Below are positions 1 through 11,004 of a stretch of 32,000 nt of DNA, in pieces (position 1 is the first letter of the stretch; each line of letters opens with the position of its first letter). The stretch spans positions 30,001 to 62,000 of the forward strand of contig NZ_AP024987.1 of the NCBI RefSeq assembly GCF_020885515.1, read 5' to 3'. The notes under the pieces were generated by a model. The model did not search any database and was not told where the DNA came from. It saw nothing but the letters and a program-made list of their open reading frames with translations. The stretch is from a cyanobacterium endosymbiont of Braarudosphaera bigelowii. GTDB lineage: Bacteria > Cyanobacteriota > Cyanobacteriia > Cyanobacteriales > Microcystaceae. The position numbers and the translations under genes were made by a program.

Positions 1-1
1 G

Positions 2-706
2 TTCACACTTAGAGGTCTTTATTTGTCCAAAGATGGTAATAAACCTTCTCTTGGCAACGGTTTGTTTAATGGTAATTTTACTGCTGGGAGCCAATTAGCC
101 TTTAAGCCAATAGATTCAGTTTCATTCAATTTTCATTTCCTTCATTCTTATTTTAAGTCTAATGATGTTAACATCAGTTCCTCTACAGGAAGTTATGTTG
201 AAAATCATTTTCGCTCTAAGTCTGTTAAAAATAAAATAGGACGAGGTATTGGTAGAGATCCCTTTTTAGGTGCTCCAACTATTAGAGATAGTTATGGAGC
301 AAATGGTAATTGGCGCATTAATAACACATTTAACCTAACAGCCTGGGTTGGATATTCTCTGGCAAGAGCTCAAGGGCACGACTCATCACGAGTTAGTCGT
401 CGTGGATTTGGAGCAGATTACTGGTCATGGATGACTGCTCTTTCTGCAGTAGATTTCTTTAAAGATGGAGCTGTATTATCAGTAGCAGGTGGTGCTTTAC
501 CTAACTCTCGGCGGATTGATGCTATTCCAGGAGACTTGACTATTCCAGATCAAGATACTCCTTACATAATTGAAGCTCAGTATAAATATCCAGTCAATGA
601 CAATATCCTTTTAACCCCTGGATTTTACGTAATATTACAACCAGATGGCAACAACTTAAACAATAGCATTTGGGTTGGAGCTTTACGAACTAGCTTTCAA
701 TTTTGA
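2..706 (+). CDS. Outer-membrane porin, OprB-type (cyanobacterial, SLH-anchored family), C-terminal part; 5' end lies outside the window
   Basis: The frame is open from nt 2 with no upstream stop, so the TTG at 23 in the track is not the real start. The EAQYKYPVNDNILLTPGFYV block and the LRTSFQF terminus ending in Phe fit the C-terminal beta-barrel signature of cyanobacterial OprB-like porins. Confidence 0.75.
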   Translation, partial: FTLRGLYLSKDGNKPSLGNGLFNGNFTAGSQLAFKPIDSVSFNFHFLHSYFKSNDVNISSSTGSYVENHFRSKSVKNKIGRGIGRDPFLGAPTIRDSYGANGNWRINNTFNLTAWVGYSLARAQGHDSSRVSRRGFGADYWSWMTALSAVDFFKDGAVLSVAGGALPNSRRIDAIPGDLTIPDQDTPYIIEAQYKYPVNDNILLTPGFYVILQPDGNNLNNSIWVGALRTSFQF

Positions 707-835
707 TTAGAAAAATTATAGGGGAAAATAATACTTGTCTCTGATTCTATCGAGTATATTTTAAGTATTCTGGACTAAATTTGTTAGTTGGCTTATTGTT
801 ACTTTAAAAACTACTTTATCTCATAAAGTATAGAT

Positions 836-885
836 AAAATAATGGAACGTAATTTAGTAAATTAGCAGTTCCATTATTTTTTTTA
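836..885 (+). terminator. Intrinsic terminator downstream of the porin gene
   Basis: A 13-bp stem (836-848 aaaataatggaac pairs with 868-880 gttccattatttt) has core aatggaac/gttccatt. It runs into an 8-T tract at 877-884 whose first Ts overlap the stem base. It lies 130 nt after the stop at 706. Confidence 0.6.
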
Positions 886-1153
886 TCGAAATTACTGAAA
901 AAAATTTTCAAACGAAGACGTTAGTCGTTAAATTTTTCTTATAGTTTTCTAAAATAATTAGTTAAATTTTCTATATATTTGTTTTAAGTATAAAATTTGC
1001 TAGTCAATTTTCCATGAGAAACGTTAACATAAATTAACAAGCATTCTTATTAAGGATTTCCTACGTCATAGACGTTATTATCTGCTTAAGTTTTTATTCC
1101 TGATATATTTTACTTAATTCTATCTTCACCCTATTTGAGAAGAGGTTGACAGC

Positions 1154-3010
1154 GTGAACAACAATAACAAAAAATGGCGCAATGCCGGACTATATGGACT
1201 CTTGTTGATTGTTATATTAGCATTAGTATCTGCTTTTCTAGATAATAGCAATACTCAGAGTCGTGAAAATCTTACCTATAGCGATTTCATTAATCAAGTA
1301 GAAAACAACCAAATTGAACAGGTAATATTAAGCGCAGATAGGACACAAGCTAAAGTTTCCAGCTCTAGTAGTGGTGCTCCTTCGTTGGTTAATTTACCAA
1401 ACGATCCAGAACTGATTAATATTCTTTCTAAAAATAAAGTTGATATTATAATTCAACCGCAAAATAGTGAAGGAGTCTGGTTTCGTATTCTTAGTAGCCT
1501 TTTCTTACCTATATTGCTTTTGGTAGGACTTTTTTTTCTATTGCGAAGAACACAAAATGGACCTGGTTCTCAAGCGATGAATTTTGGTAAGTCAAAAGCA
1601 CGAGTCCAAATGGAACCTCAGACTCAGGTTACCTTCGGTGATGTCGCTGGTATAGAACAGGCTAAGTTAGAATTAACTGAAGTAGTTGATTTTCTCAAAA
1701 ATGCTGATCGTTTTACTGCTATTGGTGCAAAAATTCCTAAAGGAGTTCTTTTAGTTGGACCACCTGGAACTGGTAAAACTCTTTTAGCAAGAGCAGTAGC
1801 TGGAGAAGCTGGAGTACCTTTCTTTTCTATTTCTGGTTCAGAATTTGTGGAGATGTTTGTTGGAGTTGGAGCTTCTCGTGTTCGTGATTTATTTGAGCAA
1901 GCCAAAACTAATGCACCCTGTATTGTTTTTATTGACGAAATAGATGCAGTAGGTCGTCAAAGAGGAGCTGGTTTAGGTGGTGGTAATGATGAAAGAGAAC
2001 AAACTTTAAATCAACTATTGACAGAAATGGATGGATTTGAAGGCAACACAGGAATTATTATAATTGCTGCTACTAACCGTCCTGATGTCTTGGATGCGGC
2101 TTTACTGCGCCCCGGTCGTTTTGATCGTCAAGTTGTTGTCGATAGGCCAGATTACGCTGGTCGAAGAGAGATTCTTCAAGTTCATGCTCGAGGAAAAACT
2201 CTTTCTAAAGATGTTGATTTAGATAAAATTGCTCGCCGCACCCCTGGTTTTACAGGAGCTGATCTTTCTAATTTATTAAATGAAGCTGCTATCCTAGCAG
2301 CTCGCCGTAGTCTTACTGAGATTTCAGCAGATGAGGTTAATGACGCCATTGATAGAGTTTTGGCAGGACCTGAGAAAAAAAATCGGGTTATGAGTGAAAA
2401 AAGAAAAACATTAGTAGCATTCCATGAAGCAGGACATGCACTAGTAGGTGCATTAATGCCTGATTACGATCCTGTACAAAAAATTAGTATTATTCCACGT
2501 GGTCAAGCAGGTGGACTGACTTGGTTTACTCCTAGTGAGGAAAGAATGGAATCAGGACTATATTCTCGTGCCTATTTACAAAATCAAATGGCAGTTGCCT
2601 TAGGTGGAAGAGTAGCGGAAGAGATTATTTTTGGAGAAGAAGAAGTAACGACTGGTGCCTCTAATGATTTACAACAAGTAGCAAGAGTAGCACGTCAAAT
2701 GATTACCCGTTTTGGTATGAGTGATCGATTGGGACCAGTGGCTCTAGGAAGACAGAATGGTGGTGGAGTATTTTTAGGCAAAGAAATTGCTTCTGATAGA
2801 GATTTCTCAAATGAAACTGCATCTGCCATAGATGAAGAAGTTCGTCAATTAGTAGATACAGCGTATAAGCGTGCAAAAAATGTACTGGAAGATAATCGTC
2901 ATGTTTTGGATGACTTAGCAAAAATGTTAATAGAAAAAGAAACAGTTGACTCAGATGAATTACAAACAATTCTGAATAATAATCAATTAACTATGGCTAA
3001 ATTAGCCTAA
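1154..3010 (+). CDS. ftsH: ATP-dependent zinc metalloprotease FtsH
   Basis: There are two N-terminal TM segments, Walker A GPPGTGKT, Walker [30 protein letters not shown] and Zn motif HEAGH. The start is GTG, with gagaagagg (1137-1145) 8 nt upstream. Confidence 0.97.
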   Translation: MNNNNKKWRNAGLYGLLLIVILALVSAFLDNSNTQSRENLTYSDFINQVENNQIEQVILSADRTQAKVSSSSSGAPSLVNLPNDPELINILSKNKVDIIIQPQNSEGVWFRILSSLFLPILLLVGLFFLLRRTQNGPGSQAMNFGKSKARVQMEPQTQVTFGDVAGIEQAKLELTEVVDFLKNADRFTAIGAKIPKGVLLVGPPGTGKTLLARAVAGEAGVPFFSISGSEFVEMFVGVGASRVRDLFEQAKTNAPCIVFIDEIDAVGRQRGAGLGGGNDEREQTLNQLLTEMDGFEGNTGIIIIAATNRPDVLDAALLRPGRFDRQVVVDRPDYAGRREILQVHARGKTLSKDVDLDKIARRTPGFTGADLSNLLNEAAILAARRSLTEISADEVNDAIDRVLAGPEKKNRVMSEKRKTLVAFHEAGHALVGALMPDYDPVQKISIIPRGQAGGLTWFTPSEERMESGLYSRAYLQNQMAVALGGRVAEEIIFGEEEVTTGASNDLQQVARVARQMITRFGMSDRLGPVALGRQNGGGVFLGKEIASDRDFSNETASAIDEEVRQLVDTAYKRAKNVLEDNRHVLDDLAKMLIEKETVDSDELQTILNNNQLTMAKLA

Positions 3011-3022
3011 TATCAAGTTGAT

Positions 3023-3084
3023 ATAAATAAGGTTGTTAATGTAGTGTAATTTATTTAATACACTACATTAACAACCTTATTTAT
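3023..3084 (+). terminator. Long perfect hairpin (26-bp stem, 10-nt loop) 13 nt after the ftsH stop; probable intrinsic terminator in the convergent ftsH/YGGT spacer
   Basis: ataaataaggttgttaatgtagtgta (3023-3048) is the exact reverse complement of tacactacattaacaaccttatttat (3059-3084). A T-rich tail ttta follows on the + strand. Confidence 0.5.
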
Positions 3085-3389
3085 TTTATGATTTCTAAAA
3101 AATATTTTTTAAAAATGGATTAACTATATATTTTTTTAAAGTTCTTGAAAGTAAAATTTTAACCCTATAACTTATAGTCATAGCATATCTCTCTAGAAAA
3201 CAATACCTAGATAGAATTTTATTTATTAAATACGACAATGATAATAACTTATAAACAAATTTAATAATTAAACTTATCATAGGAATTAGTAATTCTAGAA
3301 CATAATTTTTTTTAGCCTATTAACCAATTCCTTAGAAAGTTAAAAAATGTAATATTTATAGATTTTATATGAATAATTTTTAAAATTCA

Positions 3390-3680
3390 TCAAAAGCCTA
3401 CTGCGCCATATGTAGATAAACTATCTAAAATACTTGACAGAAATTGTAGTGCAAGAATAGCTAAAATTGCAGAAATATCGATACCACCTAGTGGAGGTAT
3501 AAATGAACGAAAGATATTAAGGTATGGATCAATAATAGGACTTAAAAAAGACATGGCATTGTATGCCCACTCTGCAGTTTGAAACCAAGAAAGTAAAATA
3601 CGGATAAAAATTAATACAAGGTATATATTAAGAAATGTATTTAGGGTTTGAAAAATCAGCTGAGTGATCGCAGTGTTCAT
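3390..3680 (-). CDS. YGGT family (Ycf19-like) small integral membrane protein
   Basis: The 96-aa product has two hydrophobic spans. The IFIRILLSWF motif and overall size are typical of YggT/Ycf19 proteins. Confidence 0.8.
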   Translation of the reverse strand: MNTAITQLIFQTLNTFLNIYLVLIFIRILLSWFQTAEWAYNAMSFLSPIIDPYLNIFRSFIPPLGGIDISAILAILALQFLSSILDSLSTYGAVGF

Positions 3681-3817
3681 TTTTAATTATTCTCCTCATT
3701 TATAAATATATATTCTCTAACGATTCTATATCAAATCTAGATAACATGACATGACAAATTTCTTAGATACCTTTAGTTGTTTTTGTAGTGTTGTTTTTTG
3801 CTTAAAAAGCAAAATCG

Positions 3818-5563
3818 TTAATCAATAATTTCTATTAGTTGATTTTGTTGCCATAGAGTCTGAAAAATTCCAGGCATATTTACTAAGGTTTTATAAGTTC
3901 CAATTTGTATAATTTCTCCATGATTCATAACAAAAATTCTATCTGCATGAGCAGCCGCAGATAATTGGTGAGAAATAAAGATAACACTTTTCTTTTTTTC
4001 ATTTGAGAGATTTTCAAGAATGCAAGTAGCAGTTTTATTATCTACACTAGAAAGAGCATCATCTAATATTAATATAGGAGAATCCATAAGCAATGCTCGA
4101 GCAAGAGCTGCACGTTGACGTTGACCTCCTGACAATGTAATTCCTCTCTCTCCTACTAAAGTTTCATATTGTTGAGGAAAGTTTAAAATCTCTTGATGAA
4201 TTTGAGATTTTTTGGCTGTATGTATTACCTCAAAAATATTTTTTCTTGGATCCCCATAACGAATATTATTTAATATTGTAGTATTGAATAGGAAACTATC
4301 TTGTGGCACATAGGTAATAATTTCTCTTAATGATTTTAAATAAATTTCAGTAAAATCATGATTATCTAGGAAAAGTTCTCCAGCTTCAATATCTAACAAG
4401 CGAAGCAACGCATTAGCTAAGGTTGTTTTACCAGAACCAACAGGGCCTACAATTGCTACTATTTCTCCAGGCTTAATAGTAAAATTAATATTTCTAATCG
4501 TTGGATCTTTTTTGCCTGGATAGGTGTAAGATAGATTTTTTGCTACTATTGTCCCATTAACAGAGCTAATAGGTAAAAATTTATTATTAACTATATTGTT
4601 AACCTTAGGTCTTATGTTAAAAATAGTTTCTACTCTATCAATACTAACTTCTCCTCGTTGATAGGCCGTAATAGTAAATCCTAATAAAGCAGTTGGAAAC
4701 ACTAAACGTTCAACTAAAATTATTAAAGCAATAAAATCTCCTATACTGATATTGTTTCGATCAATTTCATATGCTCCAAAGCTTAGCAATAATAGCAAGC
4801 TAGTATAAGATAATCCTTCAATTAAAGGAAATAAAAAGTTTTCAATCTGGGCTAATTTTAATTTAGCTTGTAACAATTGATAGTTTCTATAGTTAAACTC
4901 TCGTTTCTCACTATTTTCTTGAGCATAAATTTTTATTAAAGATATATTACTCATATCTTCCTGAATTAATTGGCTAATTATAGATAGTTGGTTTTGTACA
5001 GCTAATTGTTGTTTCTGTAAGTTTTTGCTAAAGATCTTTACTATAACTAACATCAAAGGATAAACAATAACTGCACAAATACTGAGTAAGATGTTTATAC
5101 TCAACATGACAGGAAAAGTTAGAGTATAAACAAAAATTGTATTAATTAAACTAAGTAAGGCAAAACCTACCAAAAGTCGAATGTTATCGACATCACTAGT
5201 TGCACGACTAATAAAATCTCCAGATGTATGTGTTGAAAAATATTCTGGTTCTAAAGTCAATAAATGTTGAAAAATCTTTTGCTTTAGACTAAATTCAACA
5301 TCACGTCCTACTCCAAAAATTAGTAATCGAGACAACATTCTAATAATCCATGCAATTGAAGCCAATACGAAAATAAGAATAGCAGTTTTAAATACCTGAT
5401 AAATATTAAAAGAATACCTTAAGCTATCGACGTTGTCCCTTATTAATAGAGGTATATAAACACCTAGGCTGTTAACTATTAGTAATGAAAGTGTACCGAT
5501 TAATATACTAGCTTTATAAGGAACGAGATAAATAAACAATTGTTGTAATTTTAGTATTTTCAT
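3818..5563 (-). CDS. ABC transporter, fused permease/ATP-binding exporter (MsbA/MdlB-like type I exporter)
   Basis: An N-terminal six-TM exporter domain is followed by an NBD with Walker A GPVGSGKT, signature LSGGQRQR and Walker B ILILDDALS. The substrate cannot be called. Confidence 0.9.
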   Translation of the reverse strand: MKILKLQQLFIYLVPYKASILIGTLSLLIVNSLGVYIPLLIRDNVDSLRYSFNIYQVFKTAILIFVLASIAWIIRMLSRLLIFGVGRDVEFSLKQKIFQHLLTLEPEYFSTHTSGDFISRATSDVDNIRLLVGFALLSLINTIFVYTLTFPVMLSINILLSICAVIVYPLMLVIVKIFSKNLQKQQLAVQNQLSIISQLIQEDMSNISLIKIYAQENSEKREFNYRNYQLLQAKLKLAQIENFLFPLIEGLSYTSLLLLLSFGAYEIDRNNISIGDFIALIILVERLVFPTALLGFTITAYQRGEVSIDRVETIFNIRPKVNNIVNNKFLPISSVNGTIVAKNLSYTYPGKKDPTIRNINFTIKPGEIVAIVGPVGSGKTTLANALLRLLDIEAGELFLDNHDFTEIYLKSLREIITYVPQDSFLFNTTILNNIRYGDPRKNIFEVIHTAKKSQIHQEILNFPQQYETLVGERGITLSGGQRQRAALARALLMDSPILILDDALSSVDNKTATCILENLSNEKKKSVIFISHQLSAAAHADRIFVMNHGEIIQIGTYKTLVNMPGIFQTLWQQNQLIEIID

Positions 5564-6003
5564 AAACTAATAATAAAGTTCCTTTTTTTGTAAAGCAGTA
5601 TAGTAAAGGTATAACTAGAACGTAATGATACAAAAAAATACTTCTTTATATCTAATTAATGGATATGATAACTAATTAAGGTTTTAAAAATAGAAAATAA
5701 AAATTTTACTAACCCTTAAACTCTTAACCATTTAAAAAAGCTAATTTTTTTATCTTAGGAAAGGTAGAGAATCTTTTAAAATTAATTAGTTTAAGAAGTA
5801 ACAATAATATCTCTAATATATGTTTTTATTATAAAATAAGTCTTAGATATAGATAATTAAGTTTAGGTAATTTGATAGGTATAATGTGGTATTACATTTT
5901 TTAAAAGACTAATTGAGATAAAGGAGTTAACATAAAGAGAGTCATCTAAAATTTGACTGAGCGAGACGAACTAGATTATTATCGAATTTAAATATTTGTT
6001 TCA

Positions 6004-7770
6004 ATGGCTAAGACCCCAGTTTCATCCACCCGTAAAGTTTCCAAATTAGAAAAAATTAAGGAAACTAGTAACTTTTTGAGAGAACCACTAGCAACCCAAT
6101 TATTAGAAAATAGTACTCATTTCACAGAAGAAGCAGTCCAAATTCTTAAATTTCATGGTTCTTACCAGCAAGATAACAGAGATAACAGAGTAAAAGGGCA
6201 AGAAAAAGACTATCAATTTATGTTACGTACTCGTAACCCAGGTGGTTTTATTTCTCCTCAGCTTTATGCCGCTTTAGATGAACTCAGTAATAATTATGGT
6301 AACCACACCTTAAGGATAACAACGCGTCAAGGACTCCAGATTCATGGAATTGTGAAAAAAAATCTAAAACTGGCAATTTCAACAATTGTCAAAAATATGG
6401 GTTCAACTTTAGGTGCCTGTGGGGATTTAAATCGTAACGTGATGTCTCCTCCTGCACCCTTTAAGAATCATCCAGAATACGAATACGCTAGAGAGTATGC
6501 AGATAAGATAGCTGACTTACTAAGTCCCCAAACATCAGCTTATTATGAAATTTGGCTAGACGGTGAAAAAACTATTAGTTCAGAAGAATCTCTTGAAGTT
6601 GTAAAAGCTCGTCAAAAGAATAGCCAAGGAAATTTCTTTGATGATGGAGATGAACCTATTTATGGTAAATACTATATGCCGCGCAAGTTTAAATGTAGTA
6701 TTACTGTACCTGGAGATAATTCTATTGATTTATATACACATGATGTCAGTTTGGTAGTTATTACAGATAATAACAAAAAGTTACTTGGTTTTAATATTCT
6801 TACAGGCGGAGGAATGGGGCGTACTCATAATAAAGAAGAAACTTTTCCCCGATTAGCAGATCCTCTTGGTTATGTAAATAAACAAGATATTTATGAGTTT
6901 ATGAAGTCAATTATAGCTGTACAGCGAGATTACGGAGATCGTAATCAACGCCGTCATGCTCGTATGAAATATCTCATTGAAGACTGGGGTTTAAATACAT
7001 TTCGTAAAAAAATAGAGGAGTACTTAGGCAAAAAAATAGAACCGTTTAAGCCCCTTCCAGATTGGCAATATAAAGACTATCTTGGTTGGCAAGAGCAAGG
7101 AGACGGTAAGTTATTTTTAGGTATCTCTATAGAAAATGGTCGAATTCAGGATAAAGACAATTTTCGTTTAAAAACTGCTCTTAAAGAAATTAATAATAAA
7201 TACTTTTTACCTATACGTTTAACTGCTAATCATAATCTTATCCTTTACGATATTGCTTCAACTTCTAAAGTAGAGATTGAAGCGATTCTTAAATCTCATG
7301 GTATCGTCAGTGATCCGCAAAAGTTAAATTTCTTAACCCGTTATTCTATGGCTTGTCCTGCCCTACCTACTTGCAGCCTGGCTATAACAGAATCAGAAAG
7401 AATACTTCCTACTATAATTAGTCGTATTCAAAATGTCTTACATTTATTGGATTTATCTTCAGAAAAAATTGTTATTAGAATGACAGGATGCCCAAATGGT
7501 TGTGCACGGCCCTATATGGCAGAATTAGGATTTGTAGGTAGTGCGCCAGGAAATTATCAAATTTGGCTAGGAGGTAACTCAGATCAAACTCAACTAGCTA
7601 AACCTTATATTGATAAATTACCTGATGAAGAAATAGAAAGTTTTATTGAGCCATTGTTCTTTTATTTCAAAAAAGAGAAACAAAACAATGAAAGTTTTGG
7701 GACATTTTGTCATAGAGTTGGTTTTGAAGCTCTTCATGATTTTTCTGCAACTTATGTACCCATAGAGTAA
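6004..7770 (+). CDS. sir: Assimilatory sulfite reductase, ferredoxin-dependent (siroheme/[4Fe-4S] hemoprotein)
   Basis: The product shows NiR/SiR ferredoxin-like repeats and cluster/siroheme Cys motifs ACPALPTC and [10 protein letters not shown]. The N-terminal [18 protein letters not shown]...[13 protein letters not shown] is typical of cyanobacterial and plant Sir. Confidence 0.93.
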   Translation: MAKTPVSSTRKVSKLEKIKETSNFLREPLATQLLENSTHFTEEAVQILKFHGSYQQDNRDNRVKGQEKDYQFMLRTRNPGGFISPQLYAALDELSNNYGNHTLRITTRQGLQIHGIVKKNLKLAISTIVKNMGSTLGACGDLNRNVMSPPAPFKNHPEYEYAREYADKIADLLSPQTSAYYEIWLDGEKTISSEESLEVVKARQKNSQGNFFDDGDEPIYGKYYMPRKFKCSITVPGDNSIDLYTHDVSLVVITDNNKKLLGFNILTGGGMGRTHNKEETFPRLADPLGYVNKQDIYEFMKSIIAVQRDYGDRNQRRHARMKYLIEDWGLNTFRKKIEEYLGKKIEPFKPLPDWQYKDYLGWQEQGDGKLFLGISIENGRIQDKDNFRLKTALKEINNKYFLPIRLTANHNLILYDIASTSKVEIEAILKSHGIVSDPQKLNFLTRYSMACPALPTCSLAITESERILPTIISRIQNVLHLLDLSSEKIVIRMTGCPNGCARPYMAELGFVGSAPGNYQIWLGGNSDQTQLAKPYIDKLPDEEIESFIEPLFFYFKKEKQNNESFGTFCHRVGFEALHDFSATYVPIE

Positions 7771-7844
7771 TATCTTAAAGATAAAATTCTTCAATTAAAA
7801 AAAGAGATGACACTTGATCTTTTAGTTTGCAAGAAGTGAAAGTA

Positions 7845-7894
7845 ATTAGGTGGATGAGAAAAAATTTTAATTTTTTCTCATCCACCTAATTTTT
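7845..7894 (+). terminator. Intrinsic terminator after sir: 22-bp perfect stem followed by a T-run
   Basis: attaggtggatgagaaaaaatt (7845-7866) is the exact reverse complement of aattttttctcatccacctaat (7869-7890). tttt follows at 7891-7894. It lies 75 nt after the sir stop. Confidence 0.6.
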
Positions 7895-8302
7895 ATAAGT
7901 AAAAAATATTAAGTCTACAGTCAGAATGTAAAATAACCTTATTGTGGGGCTAGTTTAAACTAATTGTTATATTTTTTGTAGTTTCTAAAATATAAGTTGT
8001 ATGAGTTGGATTTTAAATCGACCTTTAAATAACGAAATATTACTATTATTGATACTTAGTTTAGATTCAATAAAAAGTTTTTACAAATATTTAATAACAA
8101 TTTAAATAATTAAGTAAAAAATTTATGTAGTTAATTTATAGTAGAGTTAATAGTACGATGAATCGAAAGATTTAATGAATTCCATGAAAAATTATGATAA
8201 CAAAATTATAGGCAAGGTTAAATTTTGTTAATGTCATCATGGTAAAAAAAAAGGCAAAATGGGCTTTGACTCAATCTATAACTATTGAATAAACCTATAA
8301 CT

Positions 8303-9673
8303 ATGGTGCAATTAAATACCCGTAAAGAGTTGCGTCAGCTAATCTGTAATAAATTAGCTTTACTATTAAAACAAGGAAACTTACAAGAAGCAAAAAAAAT
8401 TCTTGTATCTGTACAACCTGTAGATATAGCTGAAGCTATTGGAGGTTTATCTAAATCAATACAAGTAATTGCTTTTCGCTTATTATCGAAGGAAGAAGCC
8501 ATTGCTGTTTATGAACACCTAGAATCTACAGTTCAACAATCTCTGCTTGAGCAATTTAAGCAACAGGAAGTTAGAGATATAGTTGATAGAATGTCTCCTG
8601 ACGACCGAGCTCGTTTATTTGATGAGCTACCGGCAAAAATCGTTCGACGTTTATTAGAACAACTAAGTCCTGAAGAAAGGCAAGCAACAGCTTTATTACT
8701 AGGATATGAGGAACATACTGCTGGGCGTATTATGACTCCAGAGTATATCTCCTTAAAACAAAGCTTTACTGTTTCTCGAACACTTGAACATATAAGGACT
8801 TTAGCTACTTCTTCTGAAATAGTTTATTACCTATATGTAACTGATGCTTTCCGCCATCTTGTGGGTATTGTTTCTTTAAGAGATTTAGTTTTATCTCATC
8901 CAGATACCATTCTTGGAAAAATAATGGTGAAAGATATTGTTTGTGTTAACACTAACGATGATCAAGAAGAAGTTGCACAAACAATACAAAGATATGACTT
9001 ATTTGCAGTTCCTGTTGTAGACAAGGAACAGAGACTTGTTGGAGTAGTTACTGTAGACGATGTTATTGATATTATTCAACAAGAAGCTACTGAAGATATC
9101 TATGCTTTAGGAGGAGTTCAATCAGACGGTGAAAACTATTTTCAAACAGATTTATTAACAGTTACAAGGAAGAGGGTTGCATGGTTATTGATTTTGTTAC
9201 TTACAAATACTGTTACTGGAATGATAATTAAATCTCAAGTCGCTTTGATAGAACAAATGGCAATTTTAACTGCTTTTATTCCACTACTAATAGGCACTGG
9301 AGGTAATGTTGGGGCTCAATCTTCGACAGTCGTGATAAGAGGATTGAATACGAACGATATTAGAGATCTTGGCTCTAAACAAGTAATTTTAAGAGAGCTC
9401 ACAGCTGGAACTTTATTAGGAATTATCCTAGGAATTTTAGCTACAATTTGGGCCTATGGAGTTCAAGGAAGTTGGCTAGTATCTATATCTGTAGGTATCA
9501 GTTTAGTTATAATTGCAATTTTGGCTTCAATAGCAGGTTCAGCCTTACCCTTTGTTTTTAGAAGTTTTGGATTAGATCCTGCTTTAATGTCGGCTCCTTT
9601 TATTACAACTATAGTTGATGTAGTAGGGGTATTAATTTATTTTTCTACTGCTAAACTTGTCTTAGGATTGTAA
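8303..9673 (+). CDS. mgtE: Magnesium transporter MgtE
   Basis: The product has an MgtE N-domain, tandem CBS domains and a C-terminal five-TM domain with the GTGGNVGAQSS motif. The track starts at TTG 8285; I prefer the ATG at 8303 (MVQLNTRK), and the alternative start cannot be excluded. Confidence 0.9.
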   Translation: MVQLNTRKELRQLICNKLALLLKQGNLQEAKKILVSVQPVDIAEAIGGLSKSIQVIAFRLLSKEEAIAVYEHLESTVQQSLLEQFKQQEVRDIVDRMSPDDRARLFDELPAKIVRRLLEQLSPEERQATALLLGYEEHTAGRIMTPEYISLKQSFTVSRTLEHIRTLATSSEIVYYLYVTDAFRHLVGIVSLRDLVLSHPDTILGKIMVKDIVCVNTNDDQEEVAQTIQRYDLFAVPVVDKEQRLVGVVTVDDVIDIIQQEATEDIYALGGVQSDGENYFQTDLLTVTRKRVAWLLILLLTNTVTGMIIKSQVALIEQMAILTAFIPLLIGTGGNVGAQSSTVVIRGLNTNDIRDLGSKQVILRELTAGTLLGIILGILATIWAYGVQGSWLVSISVGISLVIIAILASIAGSALPFVFRSFGLDPALMSAPFITTIVDVVGVLIYFSTAKLVLGL

Positions 9674-9731
9674 TTTTTTTCATATACAAAAAATTGTTAT
9701 AGTATACTTTGACAAATAACACAAAGTAATA

Positions 9732-10823
9732 TTACTTTAATATTTTACATTGGGCCTGCCAACGCAATAAATGGTCACATAGAACCAAAGCTACCATTGC
9801 ATCAACCATAGGTACTGCTCTGGGCAAAACGCAAGGATCATGTCTTCCTTTACTAGATAAGATTGCCTCTATATTGTCAGATGTAACAGTTTTTTGTTTT
9901 TTTCCAATAGTTGCCGTTGGTTTAAATGCAGTTCGAATAATAATATTTTCTCCATTACTAATTCCTCCTTGAATTCCCCCTGATCTATTAGTTTTGGTAC
10001 GTATGTTTCCAGTACTATCTATATAAAATTCATCATTATGCTGACTTCCTGTCATTAACGTTCCTTTAAATCCTGAGCCTATCTCAAACCCTTTGCTAGC
10101 TGGTAAAGACATTACAGCTTTAGCCAAGTCAGCTTCTAATTTATCAAATACAGGTTCACCTAAACCTTGAGGAGAATTACGTACAACACATTCAATAACT
10201 CCTCCTATTGAATCATTGCTTTTCTTAATATCCTCTATTAAAGAAATCATTTGTCTAGCAACCTTTTGATCAGGACAACGAATAAAGTTATTCTCAATTT
10301 CTTCAAAAGTAATTTTATTCGGATTTACTACTGCTCTTAAGTTTTTAACTTGTTTTACATAACTAATTATTTCAACGTTGTTAAATTGCTTAAGAATTTT
10401 CTTTGCGATCGCTCCTGCAGCTACTCTACCGATAGTTTCCCGTGCCGACGATCTACCACCACCTTGCCAATTCCTAGTTTTATATTTTGTCTCATACGTC
10501 CAATCTGCATGAGATGGTCTAAATTTGCTTTTCATCTCATCATAGTCTTGCGGACAAAAATCTTTATTGTGAACCAAAATAGTGATAGGAGTTCCTAAAG
10601 TTAAACCATTAAATATTCCAGAAACAATTTCACAATTATCCATTTCTTGGCGAGAAGTAGTAATTTTACTTTGACCTGGTCGACGACGGTTTAAATCTTT
10701 TTGAATATCTATTTCAGATATTTCCAAGCATGGAGGACAACCATCAATGATTACCCCAACTACTCCTCCATGTGATTCTCCAAATGTGGTAACACGAAAT
10801 AGTTTACCAAAAGTATTACCCAT
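9732..10823 (-). CDS. aroC: Chorismate synthase
   Basis: The product is full length at 363 aa, with signatures [18 protein letters not shown] and RHDPCV. Confidence 0.95.
   Translation of the reverse strand: MGNTFGKLFRVTTFGESHGGVVGVIIDGCPPCLEISEIDIQKDLNRRRPGQSKITTSRQEMDNCEIVSGIFNGLTLGTPITILVHNKDFCPQDYDEMKSKFRPSHADWTYETKYKTRNWQGGGRSSARETIGRVAAGAIAKKILKQFNNVEIISYVKQVKNLRAVVNPNKITFEEIENNFIRCPDQKVARQMISLIEDIKKSNDSIGGVIECVVRNSPQGLGEPVFDKLEADLAKAVMSLPASKGFEIGSGFKGTLMTGSQHNDEFYIDSTGNIRTKTNRSGGIQGGISNGENIIIRTAFKPTATIGKKQKTVTSDNIEAILSSKGRHDPCVLPRAVPMVDAMVALVLCDHLLRWQAQCKILK
10405..10412. repeat. HIP1 octamer GCGATCGC (single perfect copy, inside aroC)
   Basis: The sequence is an exact GCGATCGC. HIP1 is the highly iterated palindrome characteristic of many cyanobacterial genomes. 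Confidence 0.6.
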
Positions 10824-11004
10824 ATGACTTATTTTGAATTGAGATTCATTATATCGTAATGATTTTGAATATAGAATTTGATATATTTTAGATAAATTAA
10901 TTTACCTAAAACTATTAATTTTTGATAAATTGACTAAACCTGAGAAAAAAATAAAGCTACAATTATTATGGCTGTATTTTAAGCAGCATTGGAGAAAATG
11001 CGGA

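Noticed and set aside
1624-2969. Track ORFs 1624..1905(-) and 2703..2969(-), antisense to ftsH
   Set aside because: They lie entirely within the strongly supported ftsH frame. Their products are low-complexity with no motifs, and the open antisense frames result from the locally higher GC of a conserved gene.
3095-3280. 61-aa ORF (-) in the ftsH/YGGT spacer
   Set aside because: The composition is extremely AT-driven (Ile/Leu/Lys/Tyr/Asn), there is no SD, and it has no recognisable family. It is most likely a chance ORF in spacer DNA.
7895-8302. Possible Mg2+-sensing leader (M-box-like riboswitch) in the roughly 400-nt region upstream of mgtE
   Set aside because: I could find no GC-containing conserved helices or M-box core motifs, the sequence is nearly pure AT spacer, and M-box control of mgtE is a Firmicute feature. 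A covariance-model scan would be needed to exclude it fully.
10350-10598. 82-aa ORF (+) antisense to aroC
   Set aside because: It is embedded in the well-supported chorismate synthase frame, and its product is junk-like.
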